A stretch of 64,000 nt of DNA, taken from contig OZ244621.1 in NCBI GenBank assembly GCA_965218425.1, forward strand, positions 64,001 through 128,000, written 5' to 3'. Numbering within the stretch: position 1 is the stretch's first letter; the number at the start of each line of letters is the position of its first letter. The notes beneath the pieces were generated by a model. It saw nothing but the letters and a program-made list of their open reading frames with translations. It made no database searches and was not told the DNA's origin. Made by a program: the position numbers and the translations under genes. This stretch comes from an uncultured Candidatus Binatia bacterium (lineage in GTDB: Bacteria; Desulfobacterota; Binatia; UBA9968; CAXXLF01). This document shows positions 20,653 through 29,881 of this stretch, piece after piece.

Positions 20653-21648
20653 TCAGTCCCAATAGGCAAAGGCCATGCCGCACCCCGTGCCAGCGAGGGA
20701 CCGATAGCCCGGGATGTAGTCCCCGATGAAGTGCGGCGTCATGGACTCCATTGCGCCGGCAGCGGTTATCCAGTTGCGGATCTCGGACGTGCCGAGGTTC
20801 AGCCGCTCACGGGGCAGCGTCTTAAGCGCCTGAGCATCCCCTTCCGCTATGCCAGTGATAGTCCGGCGGTCTATGTCTTCATCGATAATAGTATGGCTAA
20901 GGCCGCCGGACGCCATGATGACCACGCCCTTGTCGCTGTCCCATGACTCCACGGCGGATCGCAGCGCTTGCCCAAGCCTGTAGCAGCGTGCGGGCGTCGG
21001 CTGGTTGGGCGGAAAGAACGTGTTGATCATCACCGGCACCACGGGAATCTCGGAACCAGGCAGCATGTGCTGGTAGAAAAACTTGAAGGCGTGACCAATG
21101 CCCACGTCAGGGCGCAAGCTGTCCGAGCTGGCCACGTCAATCTCCTCATCGCGTAAGTAGCCGATCAGGTGCTCGGCCAAGCTCCTTTCGGCAGGCCGCT
21201 CCCTTGGTCCCACCAGTTCAGCTTCCACGGCGGACTGCAACTCATCAAGCCTTGGAGCGTTCCAGCCCTGCGATCGGGTGGTCCGCTGACCGCTGCCGTG
21301 CCGGCGGACCAGGTTGATGGTGCCCCCATGGTATATGCAGAACATCGGCATGTTGGCGCTGTGGAACTGCTCCTGCTGATCGTCCCCTATCATCACGATG
21401 ACGTCGGGGTCGGCCTTCTCCAGCACCGTGGCTAGTGTCCGCAGATTTGTCTGGGCCGAGTCGTAACGCTCGCGGATGTGGTCTTCGGAGAGCTCCTTTG
21501 CGATATTCACCTTCACCGCGTGACGCAGTGCCTCGAAGTTGATGCGCTTGTCCGTCTCGTCCTTCTCTCGCAGCGCGTACCAGCCTTCTATTGGCAGACG
21601 CAATTGCGGGGCATGAGGAGTCGCAACGCCAAGTACGATATTCGCCAT
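20653..21648 (-). CDS. LigB-family (class III) extradiol ring-cleavage dioxygenase, DesZ-like
   Basis: IVLGVATPHAP, IGDDQQEQF, GHAF, ASGGLSH, GTSEIRNW, YRSLAGTGCGMAF. Confidence 0.85.
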   Translation of the reverse strand: MANIVLGVATPHAPQLRLPIEGWYALREKDETDKRINFEALRHAVKVNIAKELSEDHIRERYDSAQTNLRTLATVLEKADPDVIVMIGDDQQEQFHSANMPMFCIYHGGTINLVRRHGSGQRTTRSQGWNAPRLDELQSAVEAELVGPRERPAERSLAEHLIGYLRDEEIDVASSDSLRPDVGIGHAFKFFYQHMLPGSEIPVVPVMINTFFPPNQPTPARCYRLGQALRSAVESWDSDKGVVIMASGGLSHTIIDEDIDRRTITGIAEGDAQALKTLPRERLNLGTSEIRNWITAAGAMESMTPHFIGDYIPGYRSLAGTGCGMAFAYWD

Positions 21649-21763
21649 AGATCATCCTCCTCAACCGGACTGCCGAATCATTGCAGGAACAGATCGCTGC
21701 GTTCCCATCTCACCGCACCCACCAGATAGTGGGTACCGCAACACCCATACGTTGTCAAGCGGC

Positions 21764-22043
21764 TGTCTGTGGTCCCCCCATCTCAGTTGTCCTAAAATTC
21801 CACATCTCAATTGTCCTCATCTTTATTATAGCAGGTGTTGGAGGACAATAGCGGATGCAGGATAAAGAGAGACGGATGTTAGAGAAAAAAACTGGTGCAG
21901 GAGATCCTTTCAGGGGACGTAACGCAACAAGAAGCGGCCTTGAAACTGGCTGTGAGCCCTCGGTCTGTACGCCGGTATCTAAGTCAGGTTTTAGAGCGGC
22001 TGAGCCGAACGATCTTTGGCAAATCGACTTCAGGGCAAGGTGA
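21764..22043 (+). mobile_element. Remnant of IS481/IS1202-type insertion sequence (one end plus internally deleted transposase)
   Basis: TGT followed by tandem subterminal repeats catctcaRttgtcct (21779, 21803); HTH fragment QEILSGDVTQQEAALKLAVSPRSVRRY; rve-start fragment FRAAEPNDLWQIDF in another frame. Confidence 0.7.
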
Positions 22044-22185
22044 ATTTCCCTTTGCGATGGAAATGACTCGCTATGGCGTCCGAAGCACCATTCCCAAGGC
22101 TTTGTCAGATGAGCGGCGGGCTACATTGATCGAACGCGACGCCATGACAAAATTGCTCCTCGAAGACATTGCCGAGCGCGATCCT

Positions 22186-22326
22186 GCCTATGGGCTCGAC
22201 CTCATATATGGAGGCGTCCGTAGCGTACAGCAGTCGGGAAATACGGTCAAAACGTACCTCTCCGTCTAATCGCATGCCCGGTTCCTCCGCAATTTCCCGG
22301 TAGTCTTGCGATGGGCTTGAGTCCAT
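22186..22326 (-). pseudogene. Displaced 5' fragment of the YdiJ-like oxidoreductase (repeat copy 2)
   Basis: MDSSPSQDYREIAEEPGMRLDGEVRFDRISRLLYATDASIYEVEPIG matches the N-terminus of the 7417-10323 product, then similarity stops abruptly. Confidence 0.9.
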
Positions 22327-22568
22327 ACTTGCCATTCTTATATCACGTTTCGGCTGGGTTTGGCCGCAGGGCGACCCAAGTTGACTTATAGGGATGTTAT
22401 CGGATACTCATTGGCCACTAGGAGAAAGGAACGCCTTGTTTTCTTTCTGAGGAACTATAAACATCTCTCAAAGTATGATTTCATGGGAAAAAAGCGGTCT
22501 ATTGGAACTGTTTTTGACTCTGTCTCACGATGGTCTTTTTTCTCTGTCTAACGAAGTGGAGAAAAGCA

Positions 22569-23138
22569 TTGGATAAACAGGCTAAGGCTCGACTAGACCC
22601 GGCAAATGCTCCGCCTCGTCGTGGAACTCCACGTTACCGGGCCGAAGCCATGGAGGCCTTTTACGATGGCTTTCGCAGGGCCGGCATTGATTTCGTCGTG
22701 TTTCTACCGGATACCATGCTGGACGGAATCGAACAGTTGATCTTGGAACGCGCGGAGATGGACACCTATCAGTGTACGAGAGAAGACGAGGGTGTCGCCA
22801 TGGCCATGGGAAGCTACCTGGCGGGTAAGAAACCGGTGGTGATGATGGAGGGGTCCGGCATCGGACTTTCCGGTCTGATCCTGGCACGCGGTATTGTCCA
22901 GAGGACGCCCACCCTTCTCGTTGTCAGTCATAACAGTACCCTGGGAGAGCGCTACGATTACCACGGCGCAACACGACTGGTTACCGAGCCCATATTGAAG
23001 GCCCTCGGTATCCCCTATTACGTGCTCTTCGACCCCGGTCAGATTCCAACGGTATTAACCGAGGCACAGCGCACCGTTGAGGGGCAAAAAATTCCTGTTG
23101 GCGTTCTTGTCCCGAACCACGTGATGCGGGAATCCTGA
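22569..23138 (+). CDS. ThDP-dependent decarboxylase alpha subunit (sulfopyruvate/phosphonopyruvate decarboxylase ComD-like); start uncertain
   Basis: GIDFVVFLPD, CTREDEGVAMAMG, TEPILKALGIPY. Confidence 0.8.
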   Translation: MDKQAKARLDPANAPPRRGTPRYRAEAMEAFYDGFRRAGIDFVVFLPDTMLDGIEQLILERAEMDTYQCTREDEGVAMAMGSYLAGKKPVVMMEGSGIGLSGLILARGIVQRTPTLLVVSHNSTLGERYDYHGATRLVTEPILKALGIPYYVLFDPGQIPTVLTEAQRTVEGQKIPVGVLVPNHVMRES

Positions 23139-23147
23139 AAGACCAAC

Positions 23148-23729
23148 ATGAACCGTATCGAATTTCTTAAGGCGGCATGCCGTGTGAGAGCAGACGCGGC
23201 AATGATCATCGGCCCCGGTCTTGCGAACTATCCCATTGCGGCTGGAGCCGACCATCCATTGACCATCTACAATATGGACATGCCCTACGCCACGCCCATG
23301 GCCCTGGGTTTGGCCCTTGCCTGGCCGGAGAAAAAAGTGGTGTCCATGGAAGGCGATGGCTCCCTGCTGGCGGGAACCGGTGTTCTGACCACCATTGCCC
23401 GCTATCAGCCACGAAACCTAACCGTAATTGTGTTGGATAACGAATCCTATTTGACCACCGGCTCCGGGCGGGCTCCAACCGCCACCGCTTCAGGGACCGA
23501 CATTGAACAACTGGCGCGAGGTGCAGGAATGGCTCACACTGCCACACTAACGGAAATGGTTGAGGCGGGAGAGGTCACTCAGCGGGCATTTCAAGAACCT
23601 GGGCCTTGGCTGCTGGTTGCCAAAGTGGACAAAACCGATCAACACCAGATTGATCGCAGCCAACTACCCGTTGACGTGTTTGAGAGTGCAATGCGATTTC
23701 GTAGAGCCGCCATGCAGGAAAGGCGTTAA
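23148..23729 (+). CDS. ThDP-dependent decarboxylase beta subunit (ComE-like)
   Basis: ALGLALA..EGDGSLL..VLDNESY ThDP-binding motif. Confidence 0.85.
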   Translation: MNRIEFLKAACRVRADAAMIIGPGLANYPIAAGADHPLTIYNMDMPYATPMALGLALAWPEKKVVSMEGDGSLLAGTGVLTTIARYQPRNLTVIVLDNESYLTTGSGRAPTATASGTDIEQLARGAGMAHTATLTEMVEAGEVTQRAFQEPGPWLLVAKVDKTDQHQIDRSQLPVDVFESAMRFRRAAMQERR

Positions 23730-23805
23730 TGCCCGGCATGGATCAAACCCCGTTCCCGTTTACCCGTCAAACAATGGAAGCTGATCTGGACAAGACTTCT
23801 AACGG

Positions 23806-24798
23806 CTATATTTTAAACGGGTCCAAGCAGCTGGGTGCGAAGAGCTTTTCGAGGTCCAGTCTCTTTTTTATCAAGCCTTGTTCCAGGAGGTAGGACTGAA
23901 GGGTCTCCAAGGCATGCTGGTTGGCGGTAAACCCGTAGGGCCAGTAGTCCTCTCCCATGAGGAGCCTGGTCTCTTCATAATCCGCCAGAGTCCATGGCAG
24001 ACTGGTGTAGAGAACGTTAGAATCGTAGATTTTACTAAAGCAGAGATCCTTTGCCGCACAAAAGGCCTTGTAAAGGCTCTGGGCGACCCAGGGAGCCTTT
24101 TCATAGACGCCCATACGAATCACCACTAGATGCATGAGAGGGAAAATCCCCGTCTTGCGAAAATAATCCATCTCGACTCGCTTGTAGTCGGGAAAGAGCC
24201 TGCGGACCTTTGGCGAGCCGCTAAGAAAGCAGGAAGGCATACGCGGTGACATCAAGGCGTCTATCTCGCCACTCTCAATCATCGAGTTAAGAGTTCTATC
24301 GTCGGGAATGACCTTTAATCGAATTTTGGGAGGCAGATCGAAGTCGACCCTGTCCTTGCGCCCTGGCTGTTCCTCACCACCCTGAAACCAGTGTATTTCT
24401 TCGGGGGCGACTCCGTATTCATGCTGCAAAAGCCCTCTGAGCCAGACGGACGCTGTCATGGTGTACTCCGGCACTCCTACGCGCTTTCCTTTCAAATCTT
24501 GCGGCCGTTCAATGCCGGCAGAGGAGTTGATGAAAATGCAGCGGTGTCGGAAGGTCCGCGAAGGAAAGACCGGTATGGCCGTGAACGGACACCGCCCCTG
24601 TGCGGCAGCAACCAGAAAGGCCCCCAGGGACAATTCCGCAATATCGAAATCCTCATAGCGGAGCATACGCCAGAAGATCTCCTCTACGGGAAGCGCCAGA
24701 TAGGTGAGGTCAATCCCCTCGGGTTTTATGGCGCCGTCACGCAGGGCTCGAGTGCGGTCATAGTCCTCACAAGCCAATGTGAGATTTAACTCGCTCAT
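23806..24798 (-). CDS. 4,5-dihydroxyphthalate decarboxylase-like PBP2-fold protein (OphC/Pht5 family)
   Basis: LTLACEDYDRTRAL, AIPVFPSRTFRH, GVPEYTMTASVWLRG, GIFPLMHLVVIR, DYWPYG. Confidence 0.85.
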   Translation of the reverse strand: MSELNLTLACEDYDRTRALRDGAIKPEGIDLTYLALPVEEIFWRMLRYEDFDIAELSLGAFLVAAAQGRCPFTAIPVFPSRTFRHRCIFINSSAGIERPQDLKGKRVGVPEYTMTASVWLRGLLQHEYGVAPEEIHWFQGGEEQPGRKDRVDFDLPPKIRLKVIPDDRTLNSMIESGEIDALMSPRMPSCFLSGSPKVRRLFPDYKRVEMDYFRKTGIFPLMHLVVIRMGVYEKAPWVAQSLYKAFCAAKDLCFSKIYDSNVLYTSLPWTLADYEETRLLMGEDYWPYGFTANQHALETLQSYLLEQGLIKKRLDLEKLFAPSCLDPFKI

Positions 24799-25096
24799 AC
24801 CTCAATTCTACTCGCTCCGCTTTTTCTTTGGTGGCAGTGGTTCGATCTTGGAAAGCAAGCAAGTTGGAAACAATAACAACCACAAAAAAGGAATGTCAAG
24901 GAACCTGAATTTTGCCAAGCGATAGAGAGGCATCCTACCGGATTCTATATCTAGCCTCTTCTTGCCGCGTGCCATTCCCTATGGCTTAATATGATCAGCC
25001 TTAGCCATTGCATGGGAACAGGGTCAAGCCCCATTCTGGAAGAAGGGATTTTGGATTGGTTAGAGTTAGCAATGCAAAACCATGGGAGTCTACACT

Positions 25097-26274
25097 ATGG
25101 CTGACGGAGTAAACCATATGGATCGGTTTCTCGCCCATCTTGACTCACGGGAGCTTCTGCTTGAGTTGAACTGAGAGGAGTGGCTCGACGTTTCAACACC
25201 CTACCCGCAGGTCAATTTTTCCACCCATGAAGTCACGGTTCGGTTCGAAAGAAACGGCTACCCATGGGACATGCACGGGTCGTTTTACACCCCGGCGAAG
25301 GAAATCGATCCAACGAAAGCGTTCGTGATGTTCCACGGCGGTGCGGGCAGCGAGAAGATCATGGACCTGACCCCCGATGGCCGGCCCGGTCTTGCACGGG
25401 TGATTGCCGCGCAGGGCCTTAAAACCTTGAACCTGACCTACCCCGGCCATTATCCCCCCGGCGGAGTCTGGCGGACGCCGGTACCGGACCGAATGCCCAT
25501 CTATCTTCTGGATGAAGAACCGTCCTTGGAAGAAATATTCGATCGAAACTTGAAGTGTACCTTTAATACCATTATGCAAGGTGCTGGATTACTGGTGGAT
25601 AATCATCTTTCCGGTCGTCGTATAATAGCCTTTGGGCATTCCACCGGCGGTCCCATGGCGGCTCATCTAACACGCTTTACCAAGAGGACGAAGGTGATCG
25701 GGCTTGTGGGTTTTGGCAGCGACGGACCGGACGGTTGGCGCAAAGAGTGGAGGGATAAAACAGGCGTGGAGCGGTACCATGAAGTCCCCTTGGAGAAGAT
25801 CTCGCGGCGCTCACCCCAGAGTTTTCGAGAAGCGAAATATGAAGATCCCCAGGACCTGACCCCTTGGGGAGGGGCGGAGGAATACATCGAACTGGTCTGT
25901 AACATTCGTTCGCAGATGAAGACCAGCCTCTGTGACAATCAGCATAATGGAGCCGTGGGCATTCAGAACAATACCCAAAGCGGACTGGACTTCCTCGCGA
26001 AGAGTACTTCGATCATCTCAAGGATCCGGATTGGTTAAAGACAATAAGCGTGCTGCTTGTGGTCGGTGAAAATGACAAGGGACACTGGGTCAAAGGGGAT
26101 CGGATCGAGGACAAACGGGAAATGTTCATGGCACGAAAATACGCCGCCGTTACCCGAAGCACTCATCTAGTCCTGATCCCGCGCTACGGTCACGTCGGCT
26201 ACGCGGAACTCCACAACGAAAAGATCGCCTACCTCTGGCTGTGGGCGGCTAAAGCTGGGGGCTTTGATTCTTAG
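25097..26274 (+). pseudogene. Alpha/beta-hydrolase-fold protein, disrupted (TGA 25172-25174; frameshift near 25965)
   Basis: FHGG oxyanion and GHSTGG nucleophile motifs; C-terminal frame EQYPKRTGLPREEYF..VLLVVGENDKGHW..YGHVG continues after the shift. Confidence 0.75.
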
Positions 26275-26311
26275 ACAGTGTGCCACTCCACCTGCATCCC
26301 ATCAATTGGCG

Positions 26312-27394
26312 TCAAGCAGTGGAGTAGCCTGCATCCTCGAATTGCCGGCGAGGCATTCGCTCCGGGTGTTCAGGGAATTTTGACGTCAACTGACCGCACG
26401 CCGCGTAGATGTCCCTACCCATCGTTTTTCTGACCAGGGCATGGGCGCCGAGGCGGATCAACTCGTTTTTGAACTGAAGCACGGTTTGTTGGCTTGGTCG
26501 GGCATAGTCCGCATCCGGATGTTCGTTAAACGGGATGAGATTGATCTTGTTGGGCACCGACCGAGTCAGCCGAAACAGTTGACGTGCATGTGCCACAGAA
26601 TCGTTCAAACCCTTGAGGAGCACGTATTCAAACGTTACCCGCTCCCCCGACTCTTCCGCATGGCCACGGCAGGCCTCGAGTAACTGTCTGATGGGATACT
26701 TCTTGTTGATGGGCATGACGGCGGAACGTATCTCATCGTTAGAGCCGTTCAAGCTCACCGCAAGCCGGGCGCCCGATTGGGTAACCAATGGGATAAGGGG
26801 TACCAGACCTGAAGTGGACACGGTGATCTTTTTTCGCGAAAATTTGATACCCACACCTTCCGTCAGTATTTTTATGGCTGAGAAAACCGCTTCCGGATTA
26901 TCAAGGGGCTCACCCATTCCCATGAATACCATGTTGGTCATGCGCTTTCCCGCCGGCACCACCTCCCTCGCCCGAACAAACTGACTGACGATTTGACTTA
27001 CGGATAATCGCTTTGCGAGCAATCGCTTGCCGGTGAAGCAAAACTTACAGGCCAGGTTGCAACCTACCTCGGTGGACAGACAAAGGGTCAACCGCTCCTC
27101 TGCCGGGATCAGCACTGCTTCCACTGTCTGGTCATTGCCCACATCCAACAAGATCTTGATCGTACCGTCTCTGCTTTCGACTCTTTCGACTACCTGGGGA
27201 TAATCAAAGTAAAATAGGTTTTTCAGTTCAGCTCGAAAGGCAATGGACAGGTTCGACATCTCATTGAAATCTTCCACGCCCTTTTGATAGACCCACTGGT
27301 AGAGCTGCTGAGCACGAAACCTCTCTTTCCCAAGGCCCGCCAAACTCTCTCTCAATTGTTCAAGAGTCAGATCGTAAAAATTCAATGCCGACAA
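26312..27394 (-). CDS. rlmN: 23S rRNA m2A2503 / tRNA m2A37 methyltransferase RlmN
   Basis: CNLACKFC radical SAM motif, MGMGEP, FEYVLL, NLIPFN, GRDIYAACGQL. Confidence 0.95.
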   Translation of the reverse strand: MSALNFYDLTLEQLRESLAGLGKERFRAQQLYQWVYQKGVEDFNEMSNLSIAFRAELKNLFYFDYPQVVERVESRDGTIKILLDVGNDQTVEAVLIPAEERLTLCLSTEVGCNLACKFCFTGKRLLAKRLSVSQIVSQFVRAREVVPAGKRMTNMVFMGMGEPLDNPEAVFSAIKILTEGVGIKFSRKKITVSTSGLVPLIPLVTQSGARLAVSLNGSNDEIRSAVMPINKKYPIRQLLEACRGHAEESGERVTFEYVLLKGLNDSVAHARQLFRLTRSVPNKINLIPFNEHPDADYARPSQQTVLQFKNELIRLGAHALVRKTMGRDIYAACGQLTSKFPEHPERMPRRQFEDAGYSTA

Positions 27395-27581
27395 TGATAA
27401 ATCTCCAGAATCATTGGAATAAAGTTATTTATGCCACAGCATGGCCCCGCGGGCAATACAACGATTACCCGGGGGCAGGCTGTTCCTCCCCTGGATGGGA
27501 TAATTACGAGCCGGTGGAATCGTTGGGCAGGTGGACTGTCAGAATCTAGCAAGAAGCCAATGGTTCCTGAAAACAATAACC

Positions 27582-28562
27582 CTATAGCTTGAATACTTGC
27601 CTGGCGTTGTCCTCGAAGATCAACTTCTTTTGACCCGCTTCCAGCCAGCTGATTCTCTCTACGGCCGGCCGTAGGTCGTCCAACATCCGGCCTTCGTGCT
27701 GGAAGGTGCCACGGCCGGGTGTCTCCGTGCCGAACAGCACGCGATCCGGTCCAACCACCTTGATCAGAAGTTCCAGCGCCTCCTGGGTGTACAGCGTTCC
27801 ATCAAACCACAGCTTGCGGTAGCCGTCGAGGAATGAACCGTTGTACTTGGACCCGTACATGGCGCCCGCGCCACGCCCCGGAGGGGTCAGGTGACGCCCG
27901 ATTTGGTATGGTGTGGCACCTCCGCCGTGGCAGAGGATCAGCTTCAGCTTCGGGTGCTGTTCCAGTACTCCTCCATAGACCAGCGTCGGCCCGGAGATAC
28001 TCTCCTCCACCGTCTGGCCAACCAGATACGAGGTCCGGTTGCGGAGGTAACGTGGACCCGTCAAGTACGCTCCGTGCAGAAACAGCGGCACGTCCAGCGC
28101 CACCGCCTTCTCCCATAACGGCACCCAGTAGTCGTCGTCCAAGGGCTGCATGGTATCGTTACCCTTGGGATTGGGGTTCACGATTGCCCCTACCATACCG
28201 AGCTCGCGTACGGCGCGCTCAAGCTCCTGTACGGATGCCTCCAGGTCTGCCTGCGGTAGTGTAGCCAGGCCGCGAAATCGGTCCTGCTTGCGGGAAACCG
28301 CTTCGCTCAGCACGTTGTTGAATACCCGGGCCCATGGGATGCTGATGTAAGGGTTCTCATTGTGGAGCATAGACACAGGCCGGATACTCAGAATTTGCAT
28401 GTCGATACCTCGCTCGTCCATGCACTTGAGGTTGGTCTCGTTCTCATCGTCGATGCCACGTACCGGTTTTGCCGTGTCCGGGATATTGCGCAGGCTCACG
28501 GTGGTCCAGAAGAACTCTCTTAAACCAGGAGCCATCCAATGGCCATGCATATCGATAATCAT
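27582..28562 (-). CDS. Amidohydrolase_2 family protein, LigJ (4-oxalomesaconate hydratase)-like
   Basis: MIIDMHGH, NPNPKG..PLDDDYWVPLWEK..LDVP, HGGGATPYQIGR, LFGTE..LDD. Confidence 0.75.
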   Translation of the reverse strand: MIIDMHGHWMAPGLREFFWTTVSLRNIPDTAKPVRGIDDENETNLKCMDERGIDMQILSIRPVSMLHNENPYISIPWARVFNNVLSEAVSRKQDRFRGLATLPQADLEASVQELERAVRELGMVGAIVNPNPKGNDTMQPLDDDYWVPLWEKAVALDVPLFLHGAYLTGPRYLRNRTSYLVGQTVEESISGPTLVYGGVLEQHPKLKLILCHGGGATPYQIGRHLTPPGRGAGAMYGSKYNGSFLDGYRKLWFDGTLYTQEALELLIKVVGPDRVLFGTETPGRGTFQHEGRMLDDLRPAVERISWLEAGQKKLIFEDNARQVFKL

Positions 28563-28980
28563 CTTTCTTCTCCTTTCAGTCGGTAACTCACAGATTCGGC
28601 GCCTGTCGGCACAAAGTTAATTTTGCTTCTCTTCGCCCGCCAAGTGCTACCTAGCACACAAGCTTGAGGGTGGACAAGAGCAATTCCTTGTGGGTGACGG
28701 CCTGCAATACCCCTCGTCCATAATGGGGGATGGCTGGTCGTTTTGGCGATTTCCCCTCCGCAATCAAAACCTTCAGTATGTTGACACCCCATTCATGCTC
28801 GGACGGCTTCCCAAAAAGCATTGGGTCATAGGTTTAGGTAGGCGATGGATTTATCACACACATGGAGTGCCATCAGAAAATCAGGCGGCTTCCCGGGGAT
28901 TAAGGAGGAACCCATGAATGGGCATGGGGATCTGCGCGACTTTATCAACCATCGGGGGCAGGTCATTGGCGCGAAAAACT

Positions 28981-29667
28981 CTATCGGTCCTGGAAAGCCC
29001 TTCTGGCCCGATCAAATATGGCATGGAACATCTCCCAGGTTAGCTTGCCCGTAAAGGTATTTTGTTGGCTGGGATGATAGGAGGCAATGAGAGTCAGCTT
29101 GCTATTCAACTGGACGGTCGCCCCATGACCGAATCCAGGGCGAGGTTTAAGTCGGGTGCCCCCGTTATCCCAGTGAGCTTTTAGAAAGGAATCAAAAGCG
29201 ATCTTTCCCAGAGCAATGACGACTCTCATTTGCCTTAAGAAAAGAAGCTCCCGGGCCAGGTAGGGTTGGCAGTTCTCAAACTCTTCTCTCAGGGGTTTGT
29301 TTGCCGGCGGGGCGCAGCGTACCGCGGCCGTGACGTAACAGTTTGTTAGCTGAAGTCCGTCCTTGCGGTGGTCCGAGTTAAGTTGATTGGCGAAACCATA
29401 TTTATGAAGCGCCCCGTACAACCAGTCTCCGCTCCGGTCACCCGTGAAGACCCTGCCAGTTCGATTTCCCCCGTGAGCCGCCGGCGCCAGCCCCACAACG
29501 AGAAGCCGTGCCCTTGGATCCCCAAATCCCGGGATCGGTTTTGCCCAGTAATTCTCCCCACGATACCGCCGGGGAGGATCCTTTGATACCTGCTCACGCC
29601 AGCGCACCAACCGTGGACACCTGTGACATCGGATAATGGAGTTTTGCAGTTTCGTCAACGATTCCAT
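28981..29667 (-). CDS. Uracil-DNA glycosylase, family 5 (UdgB)
   Basis: CHRCPRL, GLAPAAHGGNRTGRVFTGDRSG, RCAPPANKP, YHPSQQNT. Confidence 0.92.
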   Translation of the reverse strand: MESLTKLQNSIIRCHRCPRLVRWREQVSKDPPRRYRGENYWAKPIPGFGDPRARLLVVGLAPAAHGGNRTGRVFTGDRSGDWLYGALHKYGFANQLNSDHRKDGLQLTNCYVTAAVRCAPPANKPLREEFENCQPYLARELLFLRQMRVVIALGKIAFDSFLKAHWDNGGTRLKPRPGFGHGATVQLNSKLTLIASYHPSQQNTFTGKLTWEMFHAIFDRARRAFQDR

Positions 29668-29827
29668 TGCAATTCGCCTTCTTGCTAGCACATTGCCATT
29701 TGCCGTTACCAGGCCGTTGCCCCAGGGGACGTAGATATCATTGAGCCACCAAGCATAGGAATGGATGGCTCAACCCTCAGACAAGTGCGAATTTTGACGC
29801 CATGAGTTCTCAAAATCAATAGTTTCC

Positions 29828-29856
29828 TTGACGCCTTAAGAGTCCTTTGCTATAGA
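29828..29856 (+). promoter_or_regulatory. Sigma70-type promoter of the sdh/frd cluster
   Basis: TTGACG-17 nt-TATAGA with TG extension, followed by AAGGAG RBS and GTG at 29882. Confidence 0.6.
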
Positions 29857-29881
29857 ATCCAGGAAAGGAGAACCGAGTTAA

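Noticed and set aside
21779..21830. Short tandem repeats as a CRISPR array
   Set aside because: Only two 15-nt units with 24-nt period, next to a transposase remnant; they fit IS subterminal binding sites. No cas genes in the window.
21880..21895. A7 run as a programmed frameshift in the transposase
   Set aside because: The element is internally deleted and degenerate, so a simple slippage mutation cannot be distinguished from programmed recoding.
25172..25174. In-frame TGA in the alpha/beta hydrolase as possible selenocysteine
   Set aside because: No convincing downstream hairpin, non-catalytic context (LELN*EEW), and the same gene also has a frameshift; better explained as a pseudogene.
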